Assembly: GCA_963833125.1 (NCBI GenBank)
Contig: CAWHWX010000016.1
Location: 320,001 to 384,000 of the forward strand
DNA: 64,000 nucleotides
Reading direction: 5' to 3'
Source: Candidatus Bathyarchaeota archaeon
GTDB lineage: Archaea > Thermoproteota > Bathyarchaeia > 40CM-2-53-6
Made by a program: the position numbers and the translations under genes. Below are positions 33,150 to 43,573 of the stretch, one piece after another. The stretch's first letter is position 1; each line of letters begins with the position of its first letter. The notes beneath the pieces were generated by a model. The model did not search any database and was not told the DNA's origin. It was given only the letters and a program-made list of their open reading frames with translations.

Positions 33150-33539
33150 ATGAGCAGTAGTAATGATGAGATCCTCGCGGAACTTAGAAAGATCAGAGAA
33201 CTTCTGACTCCAGCACCTCCACCAACGCCTCCGAAGGGCTTGAAGGAGGAATTCTTCGCATTCCTCGGAAAGGCGGGAGTACTAGGACTGGCGGTAGGCT
33301 TCATCATGGGCTCTTATGTTGGCCAGGTTGTTTCGGCTCTAGTTCAAGACCTTATCATGCCGATTCCAGGAGCGTTCATGCCTGGCGGCGACTGGCGCAA
33401 AGCTATAGTCTCCATTCCGATCGGGAATGGTATGCATTTCGCACTCGGAGATTTCGTGGGCGTAATAATCAACTTCATGATAGTAGTGATCGTCATATTC
33501 CTCATCGCGAGGTATGCAAGTAAGGCAGGGCTAAAATAG
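33150..33539 (+). CDS. mscL: MscL-family channel with the coiled helix at the N-terminus
   Basis: EFFAFL..VLGLAVGFIMG, LVQDLIMP, GDFVGVIINF. Confidence 0.8.
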   Translation: MSSSNDEILAELRKIRELLTPAPPPTPPKGLKEEFFAFLGKAGVLGLAVGFIMGSYVGQVVSALVQDLIMPIPGAFMPGGDWRKAIVSIPIGNGMHFALGDFVGVIINFMIVVIVIFLIARYASKAGLK

Positions 33540-33556
33540 AAGGTTCTCCACGCGGT

Positions 33557-35038
33557 TTACTTGGCTGGTTCGACTTTCCAGGCGGGTTTGATCCGTTTCG
33601 ACCTATAGATTCGCAACTTGATGTGGTTTATGACGTTGGCCAAATAGACTTCCCCTTGATGGTATGCTCTTTCAAGAATCGCCTGTCTAGACAAGTACTC
33701 ACGCTTGAGCAAAGCTATGTCCTTCTTGGGCGCGAAGAATCTGTATACCGGAAGACCAACAGCCAACAGTACTAGGGAAATGAGCACTTGCTGTGCATTC
33801 ACCTGGGTCATCAGAAGAATTGAAAAGCCAACACCGAAAATTATCACAAGCTTGTTGACGAGTGACCCGCTCGCCTTCGAAGAAGCCTTCTTTTCCAAAA
33901 AGTATGCTGAAACACATGTCGCGAAGTAGGCGAAAGAAAGTAGAAAGACTGAAGCGTTGATGAGAGCGGATAGGCTGTTTGTTAGGCTCGCGATAAACGC
34001 CGTTGAACAGAGAACGATTATGCTAATGTATGGGGTTTTGGTTGTTGGGTGTAATTTGCTAAACACTCTCGGTAACATGCCGTCCAATGACATGGCGAAA
34101 GCCAGCCTAGACGTTCCGATCGTTCCCGACTCATCCACGCCGAGAATCGATGCCAACGCGCCAAAAGTTAGAATCAAGCCACCGATTATCGCCAGGGTAG
34201 GCGAAAAGCTGAGCGCCTTGGCTGCGGCGAGGCTCAAAGGAGCAGTGGACGCGGCTAGTGTTGCCTGATCCACGATCGCCATCACGACAACGTTAGTAAT
34301 TATGTAGAATGCTGCAACAATCAACATGCCCAGAAACAGGGCCCTAGGCAATGTCTTTTTGGGATTCTCGATTTCGTCGGCTGGAAGAGTCGAGAGTTCG
34401 AAACCTGCATAAGCCCAGATAATCAAAACCAGCGCTTGCCCTACCCCAGAGATATTTCCGTTAAAGAACGGTTGGAAATGGGAAACGGCTAGGCTCGGTC
34501 GTAAGGCAATAACTCCTATCCCTAGGAGGATTAGGAAGAAGAGTGGCCCCAATTTGGCGATGGTAAGTACGTCGTTGAATTGCCCCGCTGTTTTGACACC
34601 GTAGATATTTGTTAGGATAATCGTAACCGTGAACGCTGCTTTCAGTAATGCCTGATACAAGGGAGGAACATTCGGGATCAACGTTAAGAAATATTGAACG
34701 AAGGCAACCGGGAAGACGGCGAGCGTGAACCATTCCGCGAGGAGAAGTGCCCATCCTACCATGAAGCCGGGGAATGGCCCTGCAACTTTCGTCGCATAAG
34801 CATAGGAGCCTCCGACCTTGGGCAGAATGGTTGCGCAGTATGCAAAGCAAAGGGCGATGACGATCGCGATAATCGCTCCCCCAAACCAGATGAGGATTGA
34901 AATAGGCCCTATGATTCGGGCGATAAGGGCAGGTATTACGAATATGTCCGCTCCGATTGCGGACCCAACCACGAGGCTTGTCGTGTCATAGGTGTTGAGC
35001 TGTCGGCGAAGAGAGACTTTTCGGCTCAACCCGGTCAT
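33557..35038 (-). CDS. APC-family amino acid permease
   Basis: GSAIGADIF, GGSYAY, AYAGFE, EIENPKKTLP, SRLAFAMS.DG. Confidence 0.9.
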   Translation of the reverse strand: MTGLSRKVSLRRQLNTYDTTSLVVGSAIGADIFVIPALIARIIGPISILIWFGGAIIAIVIALCFAYCATILPKVGGSYAYATKVAGPFPGFMVGWALLLAEWFTLAVFPVAFVQYFLTLIPNVPPLYQALLKAAFTVTIILTNIYGVKTAGQFNDVLTIAKLGPLFFLILLGIGVIALRPSLAVSHFQPFFNGNISGVGQALVLIIWAYAGFELSTLPADEIENPKKTLPRALFLGMLIVAAFYIITNVVVMAIVDQATLAASTAPLSLAAAKALSFSPTLAIIGGLILTFGALASILGVDESGTIGTSRLAFAMSLDGMLPRVFSKLHPTTKTPYISIIVLCSTAFIASLTNSLSALINASVFLLSFAYFATCVSAYFLEKKASSKASGSLVNKLVIIFGVGFSILLMTQVNAQQVLISLVLLAVGLPVYRFFAPKKDIALLKREYLSRQAILERAYHQGEVYLANVINHIKLRIYRSKRIKPAWKVEPAK

Positions 35039-35056
35039 CCCGATATTTGTTGAGTA

Positions 35057-35503
35057 CTAGTTGTAGGCACTATAGATTGAAGGGTATCGTTGAATGAGAA
35101 TAAGGTTGAGTTTGAGAACGTTGACGTAAGGGTCGCCTGTTACCCAAAGCGTTCTCTCAATATTTGAATCCACGATCTGCCTCAGCGCATCTGAAGAAAT
35201 GCCGGTTGCTGCCTGTATTCTTGGTATTTGGGAGTAAGCATCTTGGAGAGTAATGTCTGGGTCAACTCCGGATGCTGAGGCGTTCCAAGGGTGGAAGAAC
35301 ATCGATGAGTTGAAGTTCTCTGCAACCAGAATAGAGCCAACATTTCGCCCATTCAACTGCACTAACTCCCCGTTCGCCTGATAGGGCATTAGGATCTGTG
35401 CGAGTCCGGTTACGACGATAGGAAACACTAGCCCGCACAATATGAGTGAGATTATCGCCATACTGACTAGAGGCAGATAGATGTCTTTTTTCAACTTCAA
35501 CAC
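35057..35503 (-). CDS. kdpC: K+-transporting ATPase subunit C (short)
   Basis: QANGEL, SASGVDPDIT, VNVLKLNL. Confidence 0.9.
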   Translation of the reverse strand: MLKLKKDIYLPLVSMAIISLILCGLVFPIVVTGLAQILMPYQANGELVQLNGRNVGSILVAENFNSSMFFHPWNASASGVDPDITLQDAYSQIPRIQAATGISSDALRQIVDSNIERTLWVTGDPYVNVLKLNLILIQRYPSIYSAYN

Positions 35504-35505
35504 TC

Positions 35506-37641
35506 CTAGATGTGAATTGCAAGTATGAGTAGGTCTATGAGTTTGATGCCGACGAAAGGAACTATGACCCCACCCACGCCGTAGATCATCGTGTTCTTCA
35601 AGAAGAGGGTCATCGTGTCCGTTGGTTTGAACGAAACGCCCTTCATGGCTAGCGGAATTAGGAGGGGAATTATGATTGCGTTGAAAATCAACGCTGAGAG
35701 CACTGCAGTGTGAAGCCCAAGCCCAAGGATGTTTAAAGCGACGAGTTGCGGGACAACGGCGAACATCACAGGAACTATTGCGAAATACTTGGCCACATCG
35801 TTTGCTATACTGAACGTTGTTATCGCTCCTCGTGTCATCAAGAGCTGCTTTCCGAGCATCACTACCTCAATAATCTTCGATGGGTTCGATTCTAAGTCAA
35901 CCATGTTTGCAGCTTCTTTAGCTGCTTGTGTTCCCGAGTTCATGGCGAGTCCCACATCAGCAACCGCCAACGCGGGCGCATCATTTGTCCCATCGCCTAT
36001 CATGGCCACGATCCTGCTGTTAGCCTGTTCTTTGAGAACTATTCCGTGCTTGTCCTCGGGTTTCGCTTGAGGAACATATTCGTCGATTCCGACTTCGGAT
36101 GCTATACTTTTCGCAGTGAGAGGGTGGTCTCCAGTAATCATAACCGGCCGAATGCCCATCGCCTTGACATCCCGAATCTTCTCCTTTATCCCCTCCTTCA
36201 AAATGTCCCGTAACCGAATTATCCCAATTATTTCGCGATTCCTAATAATCGCAACCGGGCTGTCCCCCTCGGCTGAAATCTTGTTGATTGTCTCATCGAA
36301 ATCATCCGGGCATTTCTGAGCAATTTTCTTGATTGCGTCTGGAGCTCCTTTGATGATCTCAACCTCACCGGTTTCCACAGAGCTGTCCAAGGAGTCGGTG
36401 AACTTGCGCCTGAATCTGCTCCGTTCGTCACCACTGCCAGCCTTCGGCAACATGAAACCAGTGCCGATAGTGAACTTCACACCGCTTGTTCTAGTGGTTG
36501 CAGAGAACTCGTACGTCTCGGACAACGCTAAGGCGTTCAACTCTTTCGGTATCAAACCATGGTTGTAGGCCAGCCTGATTATGCTTCGGCCTTCCGGTGT
36601 GTCGTCATGCCAAGACGAGAGAAATGCTGCCTCTCCAACCTCCGTCTCTGTGTGATTTCCAAAAGGCATGAATTCTATGGCCTGTCTGCTTCCGACTGTT
36701 ATTGTACCCGTCTTGTCGAGAAGAATGGTGTCCGTATCGCCGGCAGTTTCGATGGCTCTACCCGATTTTGCAACAATCTTCCTAGCATACAGCCTAGACA
36801 TGCCAGAAAGCCCTATGGCGGGTAGTAGTGCTCCGATGGTCGTGGGTAGTAAGCATACGTAGAGTGCGATTAGGACTGAAAGGTCCGCTCCTAAACTCAA
36901 TACTACGGTTATTCCTAGTAGTGCGAAGATGATGATGGTGAATATCGCCGTCAGAGAAATCAGAACTATCACAACTGCCTGCTCGTTCGGAGTTTTAGGC
37001 CTCTTGGAGGCTTCCACCATCCGAATCATCTGGTTGATGTAGCTGTCCTCGGGGTTCACCGTCACTCTTGCGACGAGCGTATCGCTGATTAGCTTAGCTC
37101 CACCAATCAGCGGGTCGGTGGCAGCCTTCCTGACGGGGGTGGACTCGCCTGTGAGCAGGGATTCATCCACCATTGCAATTCCTTCAAGTACTTCGGAGTC
37201 TATTGGGATCATGTCGCCTTTCTCGAGCAGGATTTGGTCTCCCTTACGCAGTTTAGTTGAAGCGGTAAGAACGATTACACGCTCTTTGCTCTCCGATTGA
37301 ATTTTCTTGGCCATGACTTCCTTCTCCAGTTTCCTTAGACTGCTTGCTGTATTCTTCGCCTGTGTCTCTGCTAGCGAATCTGAAAGAGTACTGAACCAAA
37401 CGGTAACTAGCAGGATGATGGCTACTTCCACGTAGAAGATCGTCTCGCTGGGATTCGCGACGGGCAGAAATCCTTGGGGATAAATTGCCATCGCGGTCAC
37501 GATGAAGAATGTTATTTCTACTATGAACATGACCGGGTTCGAGATCAGGTGAATCGGGTTCAGGCGGACAATGGAGTCTACTAATGTCTTGCTGGATAAA
37601 CTGCTTAACAAAGAACCAGTCTTGTAATCATTAGATGTCAT
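35506..37641 (-). CDS. kdpB: K+-transporting P-type ATPase subunit B
   Basis: NPVMF, TGES, LLPTTIG, DKTGTIT, GDGTNDAP, TTFSIANDVAKYF. Confidence 0.95.
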   Translation of the reverse strand: MTSNDYKTGSLLSSLSSKTLVDSIVRLNPIHLISNPVMFIVEITFFIVTAMAIYPQGFLPVANPSETIFYVEVAIILLVTVWFSTLSDSLAETQAKNTASSLRKLEKEVMAKKIQSESKERVIVLTASTKLRKGDQILLEKGDMIPIDSEVLEGIAMVDESLLTGESTPVRKAATDPLIGGAKLISDTLVARVTVNPEDSYINQMIRMVEASKRPKTPNEQAVVIVLISLTAIFTIIIFALLGITVVLSLGADLSVLIALYVCLLPTTIGALLPAIGLSGMSRLYARKIVAKSGRAIETAGDTDTILLDKTGTITVGSRQAIEFMPFGNHTETEVGEAAFLSSWHDDTPEGRSIIRLAYNHGLIPKELNALALSETYEFSATTRTSGVKFTIGTGFMLPKAGSGDERSRFRRKFTDSLDSSVETGEVEIIKGAPDAIKKIAQKCPDDFDETINKISAEGDSPVAIIRNREIIGIIRLRDILKEGIKEKIRDVKAMGIRPVMITGDHPLTAKSIASEVGIDEYVPQAKPEDKHGIVLKEQANSRIVAMIGDGTNDAPALAVADVGLAMNSGTQAAKEAANMVDLESNPSKIIEVVMLGKQLLMTRGAITTFSIANDVAKYFAIVPVMFAVVPQLVALNILGLGLHTAVLSALIFNAIIIPLLIPLAMKGVSFKPTDTMTLFLKNTMIYGVGGVIVPFVGIKLIDLLILAIHI

Positions 37642-37660
37642 TGATATTCAGCCACCATCT

Positions 37661-39316
37661 TCACCCGTATCCACTCATGTGGCCTTGGAACCAGGCAAGG
37701 ATTGGTCCGAGTGCGAGAAATGGGAAGAATGTCAACGCGACAAGTATTACAACACTCCCAATCAGCACGATTGAGAAGATTATGGTATCTGTCTTCAGAC
37801 CGATCTCTGCGTGCCTCTTCCTGCCGATCATCGAACCGGCAAGCGCAAACAGCAGACCAATTGGAGCGAATCGGCCTGCAAACATCACCGCCGCGGTTGA
37901 AAAGTTGAAGAAAAGTGTGTTTGCCGAGGCACCAAGAAAGTCAGAGCCGTTGTTAGCGGCGGCTGAAGTGAACTCATAGAGAATCTGAGTAAACCCCAGC
38001 GAATTTCCACTGACCCCTATCGCGTTTGCGGCTCCAGTCGCGTACGCCAGAACGGTGGGTATTAGGATGATTATTGGATGAATGAGAAATGTGACCATCA
38101 CCAGCAGGACGTCTCTTCCTGTAATCTTCATGCCGAGGTATTCGGGGGTTCTGCCTGACATGAGTCCAACGATGAATACGGTGATAATCACGTACATGAC
38201 CATGTACATCAATCCTACTCCTTTTCCGCCAGGAGTTGACTGAATGAGCATGCCCATGAAAGCGGCGAGAATGACAAGCGGGTGTACTGCGGCAAGAGAT
38301 GCGTTTACGGAACCCGTGGTTACCGCGGTAGTTACTACTGTCCAAAAGACCGAGAAGAACCCTCCAAACCTTGCTTCCATCCCCGGGCCGAATACTGGAT
38401 TCGGTACGAAGGCGATGGCAAGGTCAAGTACGAAGAGTCCGTAAGCCCCCCATAGTATCGGGCGGGTTTCCTTCCTCTTTCCAAGCATTTCTCCAAACAC
38501 GAAGCACATAACCGTGGGCATGAGCAGCATTAGAAGAATCTGAAGCACGTCCGTGGCAGGGTTTGGGTTTTGAAAGGGGTAAGCAGAGTTGGCGCCATAG
38601 TAACCGCCTCCGTTTGTCCCAATCTGCATTATAGAGACCAGGGATGCGACGGGCCCTACAAGAATCATCTGTGTTGCGCCCTCCACAGTCTTGACAGTAG
38701 TGTACCCGCTCAGAGTTTGGGGAGTGCCAAGCCAGACGAGAATCAGTGACGCAATTAGGCAGAATGGGAAAAGTACTCGTGTTAGAGATCTAACGAAGTC
38801 GACGTAGAAGTTGCCAAAGTCTTTCGCGCCAACGACAAAAGCCCTCACAAACGCGACGGCAGCACAGATTCCGGAGGCAGCTGAAGTGAATTGCAGAAAC
38901 TGTACTGCGCTCATTTGGCTAAGATAGGAAAGCGCGACTTCGCCGTTGTAATGTTGAAGGTTCGTATTTGTGGCAAAGGAGATGACCTGCATGAACGCTA
39001 GATCCCAGTTCAGGGCGGGAAATCCTTGTGGGTTTAGAGGAAGCTTGTCTTGAAACATGAATATGAAGAATGCAAGCGCCATTTGCACTATATTGAGGAG
39101 CAACAGTGAAAGGAAGTATTCTTTCCAGTTCATCGAACGATTCGGATTCACGCCCGCAAGTCTGTAAAGTGAGTTTTCGATGGGGTTTAGGATTCGGTCA
39201 AGTCGACTGGGCGAACGCGCAAAAACTCTTGCAACATAAGGTGCGATGAGTCGGCCTAACGCGATAGCGGCGCCTAGAATTAGGAATATGGTTGAGGCTT
39301 GAATGAGGTCAATCAA
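37661..39316 (-). CDS. kdpA: K+-transporting ATPase subunit A
   Basis: SFATNTNLQHY, GTNGGG, GRTPEYLG, SAAANNGS. Confidence 0.95.
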   Translation of the reverse strand: MIDLIQASTIFLILGAAIALGRLIAPYVARVFARSPSRLDRILNPIENSLYRLAGVNPNRSMNWKEYFLSLLLLNIVQMALAFFIFMFQDKLPLNPQGFPALNWDLAFMQVISFATNTNLQHYNGEVALSYLSQMSAVQFLQFTSAASGICAAVAFVRAFVVGAKDFGNFYVDFVRSLTRVLFPFCLIASLILVWLGTPQTLSGYTTVKTVEGATQMILVGPVASLVSIMQIGTNGGGYYGANSAYPFQNPNPATDVLQILLMLLMPTVMCFVFGEMLGKRKETRPILWGAYGLFVLDLAIAFVPNPVFGPGMEARFGGFFSVFWTVVTTAVTTGSVNASLAAVHPLVILAAFMGMLIQSTPGGKGVGLMYMVMYVIITVFIVGLMSGRTPEYLGMKITGRDVLLVMVTFLIHPIIILIPTVLAYATGAANAIGVSGNSLGFTQILYEFTSAAANNGSDFLGASANTLFFNFSTAAVMFAGRFAPIGLLFALAGSMIGRKRHAEIGLKTDTIIFSIVLIGSVVILVALTFFPFLALGPILAWFQGHMSGYG

Positions 39317-39388
39317 ATTTGCTTACGTCCAAGCATATTCTTCCTAGTACGGATTGGCAAGGCATGCCTCGATGAAGCGGGTTAGTCG

Positions 39389-39685
39389 TTACTGTTGCGA
39401 CGGTTGGTTTACGACTGAATGGCCATTCTTGTGGCCTTTGTGTGCGTTCAATACGATTGATGTTACCGTGCTCTTTATGCCCTTTATCTTCAATAGCTTG
39501 TTCTTGAGAAAATCACGAAATTCCTCTATGTCCGCCGCTGAAACGAGCGTGACAATGTCGAACTCTCCGGTTACTTCGTAGATTTCTTCTACGTTAGCAA
39601 ATTGGTTAAGCGCTTTGACGACGTCGTCCAAGGTGGCCGACTCGCAAAAAATGTCTACAAAAGCTAGAAGACGTGCCAAGTTCAA
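39389..39685 (-). CDS. Stand-alone Lrp/AsnC ligand-binding (RAM) domain protein
   Basis: EIYEVTGEFDIV, IKGIKSTVTSIVL; no HTH. Confidence 0.85.
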   Translation of the reverse strand: MNLARLLAFVDIFCESATLDDVVKALNQFANVEEIYEVTGEFDIVTLVSAADIEEFRDFLKNKLLKIKGIKSTVTSIVLNAHKGHKNGHSVVNQPSQQ

Positions 39686-40187
39686 TCATCGATCCTGGAC
39701 TCCACCGAGTTTCTTTTTTCCTCCACTCTCAGCAACATATTAAGCATTGCCGTGAATTCTGAAGCAGAACTTACTTCCCGGCCTCTTCTAACTTACTGCC
39801 CAGATAACTTCGCAATTTCTTACAACCGGGCACGATAGCGCATTAGATATTTTGTAAAGCAGTAGACTACTCACATCCTCTTTGATCGCGATTCAACTTC
39901 CGGTGCTCGCACCATTCGGAGTGCATACCAGAAATACTACCGTTGCCATCTACGCCGTACAAAGAATTGTTTTTGCTAGTCTCGTAGATGCTTCCCTCGA
40001 CGCAAAGGCATGCATTTTTCCTTGAACGGGTTTCAATGAAAATCAGCGTCTCTCCCTCACTTGGCTCAAGTTCACAAGGTTACCAGATGGGAAGGGTAGG
40101 GTTTGGTGGGGAATGATTCGCCCATACTGGTTATATACTCGTCTGTGGACTGTGGCAACTACAAGATGTAGTTGAGTTGGAAAAATC

Positions 40188-40475
40188 ATGAGTCAAACAA
40201 AATCTGCATACCTTCTCACTGTTGTCGGCGTCGCTGTAATGGCGATAACCGTGATTTTTGGTGCTGTTAGAGCGTTAATGTTCAGGGCGATGTTCCGTCC
40301 TGGAGGTTTCAACGGCACTGGTGGAGGACCTCCCGGGGGCTTTAGCGGAGGGCGCCAGTTTGGCGGCGGATTTGGGTTCGGTTTAACGAACTACGTAACC
40401 ATACTCGGCCTTGTAATCGTAATTATAGGCATCGTATGGCTAGGCCTAGCCCTCAGAAAAACTCCTAAGACTTGA
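40188..40475 (+). CDS. Small two-TM membrane protein with Gly-rich loop
   Basis: Two hydrophobic segments flanking GGFNGTGGGPPGGF. Confidence 0.65.
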   Translation: MSQTKSAYLLTVVGVAVMAITVIFGAVRALMFRAMFRPGGFNGTGGGPPGGFSGGRQFGGGFGFGLTNYVTILGLVIVIIGIVWLGLALRKTPKT

Positions 40476-40619
40476 CGGAACTCAGAATGCATATCCTCTA
40501 GTTTCTAAAGTCAGTTTTGTCTTAATCTCGGTTTAGTGCGTAGACGCTTCTTATGGCGTCTACTACTACTTTCCGGTTTCTCTGAGGAATACAAAAAGAG
40601 AAAGTATTGAACTTAGAAC

Positions 40620-41842
40620 CTAAGCGTAGGCTTCCTCGCCATGCTCACTGATGTCTAGACCCGTATCCTCTTCCCGTGCACTGACTCTGAGCGGGGTGAA
40701 ATGTCCTATCACTTTGAGTAGCACATAGGAGCCACAGAACGCGAACGCTGCGACGATGGCCACGGCCTCGCATTGAAGCAACAGTTGCATTGGGTTGCCG
40801 TAGAATAAGCCGTTAGGGCCGCCCGCGTTGATTAGGGTGGACGCGAAGAGCCCTGTTGCTATTGTTCCCCAGATTCCTCCGGCGCCATGGCAGGCGAAGA
40901 CATCAAGCGAATCATCTACTTTTGTTCTACCTCTCCAACTGGCAACGGTATTGCATAGCGCTCCAGCCACCAGGCCTATGATGATCGATGGCATCGGTCC
41001 GACATATCCTGAAGCAGGCGTAATTGCCACCAATCCGCAAACTGCTCCTGCACACATTCCAAGCGCAGACGGCTTGCCTTTCATCAACCAGTCTACCGTC
41101 ATCCAACTTACTGCTGCTGCGGCTGCTGCCAAGTTTGTTACGACAAGGGCGTTGACAGCGAGAGCATTCGCAGCTAGCGCGCTCCCGCGTTAAATCCGAA
41201 CCAACCGAACCATAGTATTGAAGCGCCGAGTATCACGTAGGGAATGTTCGCGGGTTTCATTTCCTTTTTCTTTTCGAGCCCTCGTCTCCTTCCGACGACC
41301 ATTGCAGCGGCTAGGGCTGAGATTCCAGCTGACGTGTGAACTACAAGCCCTCCGGCGAAGTCAATTACGCCCATGGATCTCAGAAATCCTCCAACTGCCC
41401 AGTTCCAGTGGGCTATGGGAGCGTAGATGAACGTGGTCCAAAGAATAACGTAGATCATTAACGCCTTGAACCGAATTCGTTCTGCAAAAGCTCCAATGAT
41501 TAGGGCAGGAGTAATTGCAGCAAATTTCAATTGAAAAGCGAAGTAGAGGAGTTCGGGAATTGTATTCGAGTATCCGGGGTTCGGGGCGGGGCCGACATTG
41601 TTCATGAATACGTCAGCTAGGCTACCGATGAAACCATTAACCGAGGGGCCCAACGCGAGGCTGTATCCCCAGAAAGCCCAAATTAGACTCACGACCGCGA
41701 AAATCGCAAAACATTGAGCGATCGTTGATACGAGGTTTTTTCTTCTAACAAAGCCACCGTAAAAGAATCCTAAGGCTGGCGTCATAATCATGACGAGGGC
41801 AGTAGCGGCGATGACCCACGCGACGTCTCCTGAATCAATCAA
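40620..41842 (-). CDS. amtB: Ammonium transporter; frameshift near 41185
   Basis: MTPALGFFYGG, DFAGGLVVH, WFGWFGFNAG, GLVAITPA, DDSLDVF. Confidence 0.93.
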
Positions 41843-41964
41843 CCCTGCGAAATACCTCGAATCCGAGGAAGCTTTCGAGTGTGCTAATAGCTCTTTTCTA
41901 CATACTGGAAATTCATCTACAGAGCTCTATGCGCGTGACTTGAGCCGCAGGCCAAGCGCAGTAC

Positions 41965-42775
41965 TTGCTTTATCAGTCCTTTCCAGTAACAGAGCGCTCT
42001 GATGGTTTGAGCGGTGAATTCCGGGTGGGAGTAGATTCCGATAACAATGATTCTAATGGCCTGTCCCAGGAAACTTGGCGGAAAGTCATAGGGGCCATCG
42101 AAGAATCTATCCCACTCTACGACGAAGTCAACAATCTCATCTCGTTTGGTAAGGCGCAAGTAACCCGCAGGATCGCGATTCAAAGGCTACAACTGACAGA
42201 GGGAGTTTCAATTCTCGATGGCGGGATTGGGCCAGGAACGACGTCAAGGTTGATTGTGGAATCGGTTAAGCCGGGTTTGCTCGTAGGGTTGGATGGATCG
42301 GTGAAGCAGCTCAAGACCGCTAAAGCTAACTTAGATACACTTGATCCAAACAGATTGCAGGTTGTGAGAGGTTCGTTTGAATTTCTTCCATTCCTGCGAC
42401 AACACATTCCACGCTATCATAACCTGTTACGCACTGCGTGACAGCCTCCACCTCTCCAAATCCATCGCCGAGTACTATCGGGTCTGTGCCCAAAATGGAA
42501 TCTTCGCCGATGCGGACATAGGTAAACCTGAGAATCTCCTGAAAAGAGCGGGCAGCACCCTATACATAAGATACCTAATGCCAATTATCGCTCAAGCGAC
42601 GATTCTCGGCAAAATGAAGGGAAACCCTTGGCGGATGATAGGGCCTACGTACAAATCCTTGCCGACAAACCACGCTCTCCTGGTCCAGGTAAAGAGCAAA
42701 TTCCAGAGCGCCGACCTCAAGGAATTTTTGATGGGTGGCGCAATCGTAATAATTGGCCGAAAATCATCGACCTAA
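41965..42775 (+). CDS. UbiE/MenG-like SAM methyltransferase; frameshift near 42392
   Basis: YDEVNNLISFG, LDGGIGPG, FEFLPF. Confidence 0.8.
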
Positions 42776-42865
42776 GTGGAAGCGCCATGTTCTATATAGA
42801 TTACTAGTAATTGATAGAAAGCCGTTAAGTTTTGTCGGCTTGTAATTACTTCCAGGTCATGTAGC

Positions 42866-43543
42866 TTGGAAAGCGCGAAGTCGAAGCCATGTAGTTTGAA
42901 GGGGTTACAGTGTATTATCCTGATTCTCTCTGCGGGTGTAATCGGATCCCTCGGAGTATATCTTGGAACCCAGAATCATGGCTATGGCTCAAGTCTCCCG
43001 CAAGCTAGTGCTGCCTCATCTTCTCAGCAGTCAGGCACGTTTAGGCTAACCCTACTTGAAATCATGGACACAGAGTGGAATTCCTCAATGGCCCAACCCG
43101 AGTTCGAAATACTTGGACCTAATGGAACACAATCAGCAGCTCACATATTCCTTCCCGCTCACACACTGATCCAGCTAACAATTGTTTCTTACGATACGCC
43201 AACGGCGGGCAGTACAGACATGGAAGGCAAAGTAACTGGAACAGTCGGAGGCACAGTATACTTAGTCAACGGCACAAGCGCCTCCGGAATGGACGTTAGC
43301 GAGCACTGGGGGCAAAATGTTTCATCGGTTCCCGGAGCAATGCTTGCACACACATTCTCGATTCCCCAATTGGGAATCAATATTCCGGTTGTTGGAGGTA
43401 ACTTGGAGGTAGCGTACCTATCTCTTGACCAGACCGGGACGTTTCAGTGGATCTGTTTGACACCCTGCGGCTTCGGCGCCACTGGAATGCAAGGGGCAAT
43501 GTCCGAACCCGGCTGGATGGAAGGGCAAGTAACAGTATATTGA
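42866..43543 (+). CDS. Membrane-anchored cupredoxin with atypical CuA-like site
   Basis: N-terminal TM, HTFSIPQLG, GTFQWICLTPCG...M..M. Confidence 0.7.
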   Translation: MESAKSKPCSLKGLQCIILILSAGVIGSLGVYLGTQNHGYGSSLPQASAASSSQQSGTFRLTLLEIMDTEWNSSMAQPEFEILGPNGTQSAAHIFLPAHTLIQLTIVSYDTPTAGSTDMEGKVTGTVGGTVYLVNGTSASGMDVSEHWGQNVSSVPGAMLAHTFSIPQLGINIPVVGGNLEVAYLSLDQTGTFQWICLTPCGFGATGMQGAMSEPGWMEGQVTVY

Positions 43544-43573
43544 GGCAGATGCTTAGAAGGATCACCTGTCAAC

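Noticed and set aside
39317-40187. Search for kdpF or a riboswitch upstream of kdpA
   Set aside because: No short hydrophobic KdpF-like ORF or recognisable riboswitch found.
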